Shown: piece after piece, positions 60,172 through 64,000 of the stretch
How the letters are laid out: the number at the start of each line of letters is the position of its first letter
Position numbering within the stretch: the stretch's first letter is position 1
Origin: Chloroflexota bacterium
GTDB lineage: Bacteria > Chloroflexota > Anaerolineae > Aggregatilineales > Ch27
Reading direction: 5' to 3'
Assembly: GCA_019873685.1 (NCBI GenBank)
Contig: JAIOAT010000003.1
Span: forward strand, 1,207 to 65,206
Length of the DNA stretch: 64,000 nucleotides
Notes under the pieces: model-generated
Seen by the model: only the letters and a program-made list of their open reading frames with translations
What the model was told of the DNA's origin: nothing
Database searches by the model: none
Made by a program: the position numbers and the translations under genes

Positions 60172-61779
60172 ATGAGCGGACAAAAGAAGTTGTGGTGGTC
60201 CCTGCTGGCGATCGCGCTAATCCTGTCGTTCTCCACGGCAACAGTCAGCGCCCAGGGAGGCGGCACCCTGATCGGCGGGTTTGATGTTGGCCCCGGCGGC
60301 CTGCCGCAGACCGTACCGTGGGTACAGACGGCAGGCAACACCTGGCTGAGCAAGATCTGGAGTCCGCTGGTGAGCTACAACGAAGACGTCAGCGGCCTGG
60401 CCCCTCAGCTGGCCGTTGCCTGGGAGGCGAATGAGGACAACACCGTCTGGACGTTCACGCTGCGCGAGGGCGTCGTCTGGCACGATGGCGAGCCGTTCAC
60501 CGCCGAAGACGTCAAGTTCACCTTTGATTTCGTGCTCTCCCCTGGCTCTACCTTCTCCGGGCCGCCCCAGGCTGCGGCGCTGACTATCCTCGGCGCACAG
60601 GCCTATAACGCCGGGGAAGCGGCGGAGTTGGCCGGCGTGCGGGTCGTGGACGATCTGACCGTCGAGTTTGAACTGGAAGCCCCCAACCCGCGCTTCCCCT
60701 TCAAGCTGGTCGACTCCTACATCCTGCCGGCTCATGCCGTCAATTTCGCGCCAGCGGAGATTGCCACGACCGACTGGTGGTTCACCAACCCCGTTGGCAC
60801 CGGCCCATTCATGCATGAGGAGTTTGTCCGGGATCAGTTCTGGGCTGTTGTGCCCAACCCCAACTACTGGAATGGCGCTCCCAAGCTGGACCGCCTGATC
60901 AACCGCTACTTTGAAGATGAAACCGCCGCCATCCTGGCGCTGGAAGCCGGCGAGATTCAGTTCACCTATGCCAGCGGCGATGTCGCCCTGCAACTGGGTG
61001 AGAAGGGCTATGCGCTTCATCAAGGCCCCTCCGGCGTGACTAACTACTTCATCTTCAACTACCGCAACCCGGTTTTCCAGGATGTGCGCGTGCGGCAGGC
61101 CTTCCTCTACGCCATCGACCGCCAGGCCATTGCCGAGGTGATTCTGGGCGGCACGGCGCAGGTCGTACCCTGTCTGGGCGCTTTCCCCAACATGTGGCCG
61201 GCGGAATACAACGAGTACGCCTACAATCCTGACCTGGCCCGCCAGCTGCTGGCCGAAGCAGGCTGGCAGCAAACCGAGCCGATCGAGCTGGTCACCTACT
61301 ACAGCAGCCAGTTCCACATGGATGCGATGGCCGCCCAGCAGCAATACCTGGCCGACGTAGGCATCGACGTCGTGCCGCGGGTGGACGCTGACGGTTACAA
61401 TGCCTACTTCTACACGGGCGAAGGCTGGCAGATCTCTTACCGCGGGCTGGGCAATAACCCCGGCAACTATCCCTTCCAGTTCTATGAGACCGGCGGCTAT
61501 CCCAACGCTGTCGGCGACACCGGCACGCTGATGGGTCAGTCCTTCCCGGAGCTTGACGCGCTGATCGCTGCCGCCCGCCAGGAAGCCGACCCGGATCGTT
61601 ACACCCAACTCCTGCAGGAAATCTGCGCCTTCCAGAATGAAAACGCCATCGAAGCCTACATGTGGACAGCCCTGCGCTACGGAGTCGCCTCGACCGATCT
61701 GGTGGACTTCTACTGGTTCCCCGCTCCCGGCGGCGGCCCATATGAAGATCATCCCGAACTGTGGGCAGTGGCGGAATAA
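60172..61779 (+). CDS. ABC transporter solute-binding protein, family 5 (DppA/OppA-like)
   Basis: LREGVVWHDGEPFTAEDVKFT, PVGTGPF, VRQAFLYAIDR. Confidence 0.94.
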   Translation: MSGQKKLWWSLLAIALILSFSTATVSAQGGGTLIGGFDVGPGGLPQTVPWVQTAGNTWLSKIWSPLVSYNEDVSGLAPQLAVAWEANEDNTVWTFTLREGVVWHDGEPFTAEDVKFTFDFVLSPGSTFSGPPQAAALTILGAQAYNAGEAAELAGVRVVDDLTVEFELEAPNPRFPFKLVDSYILPAHAVNFAPAEIATTDWWFTNPVGTGPFMHEEFVRDQFWAVVPNPNYWNGAPKLDRLINRYFEDETAAILALEAGEIQFTYASGDVALQLGEKGYALHQGPSGVTNYFIFNYRNPVFQDVRVRQAFLYAIDRQAIAEVILGGTAQVVPCLGAFPNMWPAEYNEYAYNPDLARQLLAEAGWQQTEPIELVTYYSSQFHMDAMAAQQQYLADVGIDVVPRVDADGYNAYFYTGEGWQISYRGLGNNPGNYPFQFYETGGYPNAVGDTGTLMGQSFPELDALIAAARQEADPDRYTQLLQEICAFQNENAIEAYMWTALRYGVASTDLVDFYWFPAPGGGPYEDHPELWAVAE

Positions 61780-61804
61780 CGGTTCGCTCCTGAGATAAGC
61801 GATA

Positions 61805-61844
61805 ATGTGGGTGGAGGCCAGGGTGACCTGGCTTCCACCCACAT
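61805..61844 (+). terminator. Hairpin 3' of SBP gene
   Basis: ATGTGGGTGGAGGCCAGG-GTGA-CCTGGCTTCCACCCACAT, 18-bp stem with one G-U. Confidence 0.7.
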
Positions 61845-61874
61845 CGTACGGCATGGCGACGAGGGCGGACACAG

Positions 61875-62831
61875 ATGTTCAAGTACCTGATCCGGCGCAT
61901 CGTGGTCAGCATCCCGGTGCTGATCAGCGTCACCATCATCATCTTCGGCCTGATCGAGCTGGCGCCCGGTGATGTGGTGGATAACTTCATCAACCCGGAA
62001 ATCGGCTATTCCGCTGAAACCCTGGAGGCCATCCGCGAGCGATTCGGGCTGGGCCAGCCGGCGCCGGTGCGTTACCTCAAATGGCTGGGCAACGCTGTGC
62101 AGGGCGACTTTGGCCTGACCTACGTCTCCGGAGAGCCGGTACTGGCGGCCATCGGTCGCCGGCTGGGCAACACCCTGTTGCTGATGAGCACCGCCCTGCT
62201 GGTCGGCACGGTCATTGGCGTGAGCCTGGGGGTCTTCACGGCGCTGCGGCAGTACTCGTTCTGGGACCTTGCCCTGACCACCCTGTCCTTTGTGGGCATC
62301 TCCATGCCTGCCTTTATCACCGGCATCCTGGGCATGTACCTCTTTGCCATTGAGTGGAAGATCTTCCCCTCCGGCGGGATGCGCCCCGTGCAGCGCGATC
62401 CGACGGTGTGGGATACCCTCCACCACCTGATCCTGCCGGCGGGCATCCTCAGCCTGGCGTATATCGCTACGTTCATGCGCTACACGCGCTTCAGTATGCT
62501 GGAGGTGCTGCATACCGACTACGTGCGGACGGCCAGAGGCAAAGGGCTACACGAGCGCGTTGTGATCTGGCGGCACACCCTGCCCAACGCCCTGCTGCCG
62601 GTCATCACCGTGATCGGGTTGAGCCTGCCGAGTCTGGTTGTCGGCGCGGTCTTCATCGAGACTATCTTCAGCTGGCCCGGCATGGGCACGATGTATCTGG
62701 ATGCCGTCAACGCCAAAGATGTCCCGCTGATCATGGGCATGAACACGGTGATTGCCATCGTTGTGCTCGGCGCTAACCTGCTGACCGACCTGGCGTACGG
62801 CATGATCGATCCAAGGATTCGCTATGACTAG
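61875..62831 (+). CDS. Peptide/nickel-type ABC permease (DppB-like)
   Basis: DYVRTARGKGL, ETIFSWPGMG, DPRIRY. Confidence 0.94.
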   Translation: MFKYLIRRIVVSIPVLISVTIIIFGLIELAPGDVVDNFINPEIGYSAETLEAIRERFGLGQPAPVRYLKWLGNAVQGDFGLTYVSGEPVLAAIGRRLGNTLLLMSTALLVGTVIGVSLGVFTALRQYSFWDLALTTLSFVGISMPAFITGILGMYLFAIEWKIFPSGGMRPVQRDPTVWDTLHHLILPAGILSLAYIATFMRYTRFSMLEVLHTDYVRTARGKGLHERVVIWRHTLPNALLPVITVIGLSLPSLVVGAVFIETIFSWPGMGTMYLDAVNAKDVPLIMGMNTVIAIVVLGANLLTDLAYGMIDPRIRYD

Positions 62832-63753
62832 CCAGCCTGCCTCTCCAACCGGCACGCCAGACAGGCCAACGGTCGTGGTTGAACTGGCCGGTTCGCGCGC
62901 CCGTCCGGAATCGCTGACCCGGCGGACGCTGCGGCGCTTCCTGCGCAACCGGCTGGCCATCGTGGGGGTGATCGGCCTGGCGACCATGATCCTGCTGGTG
63001 GTCTTTGCCTCCCAGATCGAACGCTACCCCTACGAGCAGATGGACCTGCGGGCCGCAAAATCGCCACCCGGCGCCGACCACTGGTTCGGCACGGACCGCA
63101 CCGGACGCGATATCTGGAGCCGCACCATTCACGGCGGGCGTGTCTCGCTCAGCGTGGCCGCCGCGGCTACCCTGCTCTCTACTGTCATCGGTATGACGCT
63201 GGGAGCGACAGCCGGCTACTACGGCGGCAAGGCTGACTGGATCATCAGCCGCTTCACCGATATCGTCCTCACCCTGCCGCCAATTGTGATCATGCTAACC
63301 CTGGCCTCATTCCTGCCGCGCTCGCTGGTAACGCTGATCGTCGTCATCGGCGGTCTGAGCTGGCCGGGGACGGTCCGCCTGGTCAGGGGGCAATTCCTTT
63401 CCCTGCGGGAGCAGGAGTTTGTCACCGCGGCGCGTTGTCTGGGGCTGAGTCACCGGCGGATCATCTTCGTGCACATCATGCCGAATGTGATCGCGCCGCT
63501 GGTGGCGATGGTCAGCTTCACTGTCGGCAACGCCATCCTGACGGAGGCGGGGTTGAGCTTTCTGGGGCTGGGGGTCGCTCCCCCCACACCCAGCTGGGGC
63601 AATATGCTGGAAGCGGCCCGCAACCTGCAGATCCTGCGCGAACTGCCCTGGATGTGGATTCCGCCGTCGATCTTCACCGTGCTGACGGTGCTATTCGTGA
63701 ACTTCATCGGCGATGGCCTGCGCGACGCCGCCGACCCCACCATGGTGCTGTAG
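62824..63753 (+). CDS. Peptide/nickel-type ABC permease (DppC-like)
   Basis: HWFGTDRTGRD, EAGLSFLGLG, GDGLRDA. Confidence 0.94.
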   Translation: MTSQPASPTGTPDRPTVVVELAGSRARPESLTRRTLRRFLRNRLAIVGVIGLATMILLVVFASQIERYPYEQMDLRAAKSPPGADHWFGTDRTGRDIWSRTIHGGRVSLSVAAAATLLSTVIGMTLGATAGYYGGKADWIISRFTDIVLTLPPIVIMLTLASFLPRSLVTLIVVIGGLSWPGTVRLVRGQFLSLREQEFVTAARCLGLSHRRIIFVHIMPNVIAPLVAMVSFTVGNAILTEAGLSFLGLGVAPPTPSWGNMLEAARNLQILRELPWMWIPPSIFTVLTVLFVNFIGDGLRDAADPTMVL

Positions 63754-63821
63754 CGTGTGGGCACAACAACCGCGCTTTCTACACCCTTGACATTGCCACT
63801 CTCTCAGGAAGGTGTCTTCGT

Positions 63822-64000
63822 ATGCGCACATTCAGCGGGGTGATGCCGGCGCTGGTCACCCCTTTCACCCCGGATGATAAGCCCAACCTCCACGTACTGC
63901 GCGCACTGGCGGAGTATCATCTCAGCAAAGGCGTCAACGGCTTCTACCTGTGCGGTTCCACAGGCGAGGGTCTGGCTCTAACAGTTGCCGAACGCCAGGC
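63822..64000 (+). CDS. DapA/NanA-family aldolase, 5' part (truncated by window end)
   Basis: AGGAAGG RBS; MRTFSGVMPALVTPF...GVNGFYLCGSTGEG. Absent from the ORF track because there is no stop in the window. Confidence 0.88.
   Translation, partial: MRTFSGVMPALVTPFTPDDKPNLHVLRALAEYHLSKGVNGFYLCGSTGEGLALTVAERQ

Overview
GC-rich bacterial chromosome segment; gene content and signal-peptide style suggest Chloroflexota (Anaerolineae-like), which is an inference. The left end (1-4540) is the distal part of a type III-style CRISPR locus: 10 copies of a 38-nt repeat, three small membrane-protein ORFs, and a cyclic-oligoadenylate module (CARF+LuxR-HTH protein, Csx1 CARF-HEPN RNase, Csx15). No cas1/2/6/10 genes are in the window. 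The rest is mostly carbohydrate uptake and catabolism: five ABC importers, ArsR/LacI/LacI/IclR regulators, GH2 x2, clan GH-D, GH35/42, GH100-like, GH38, GH130 x2, uncharacterised (alpha/alpha)-barrel proteins, an aldolase/GmhA-like/ROK trio and a truncated NanA/DapA-family gene. It also holds an ECF sigma/anti-sigma pair next to a NEW3-domain ABC cassette, gdhA, an alpha/beta hydrolase and an M14 carboxypeptidase. Main non-obvious signals: (1) all five solute-binding-protein genes have an orphan strong Shine-Dalgarno about 70-130 nt upstream and four have a strong 3' hairpin, a candidate mRNA-stabilisation cassette; (2) the CARF-LuxR gene has a NarL-type inverted heptamer just upstream; (3) antisense translations of two spacers resemble phage terminase and helicase motifs; (4) all nine predicted secreted proteins have Gln at +1; (5) a likely beta-1,2-mannoside locus encodes an uncharacterised secreted enzyme. 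All family calls are motif recognition by eye; no searches were run.
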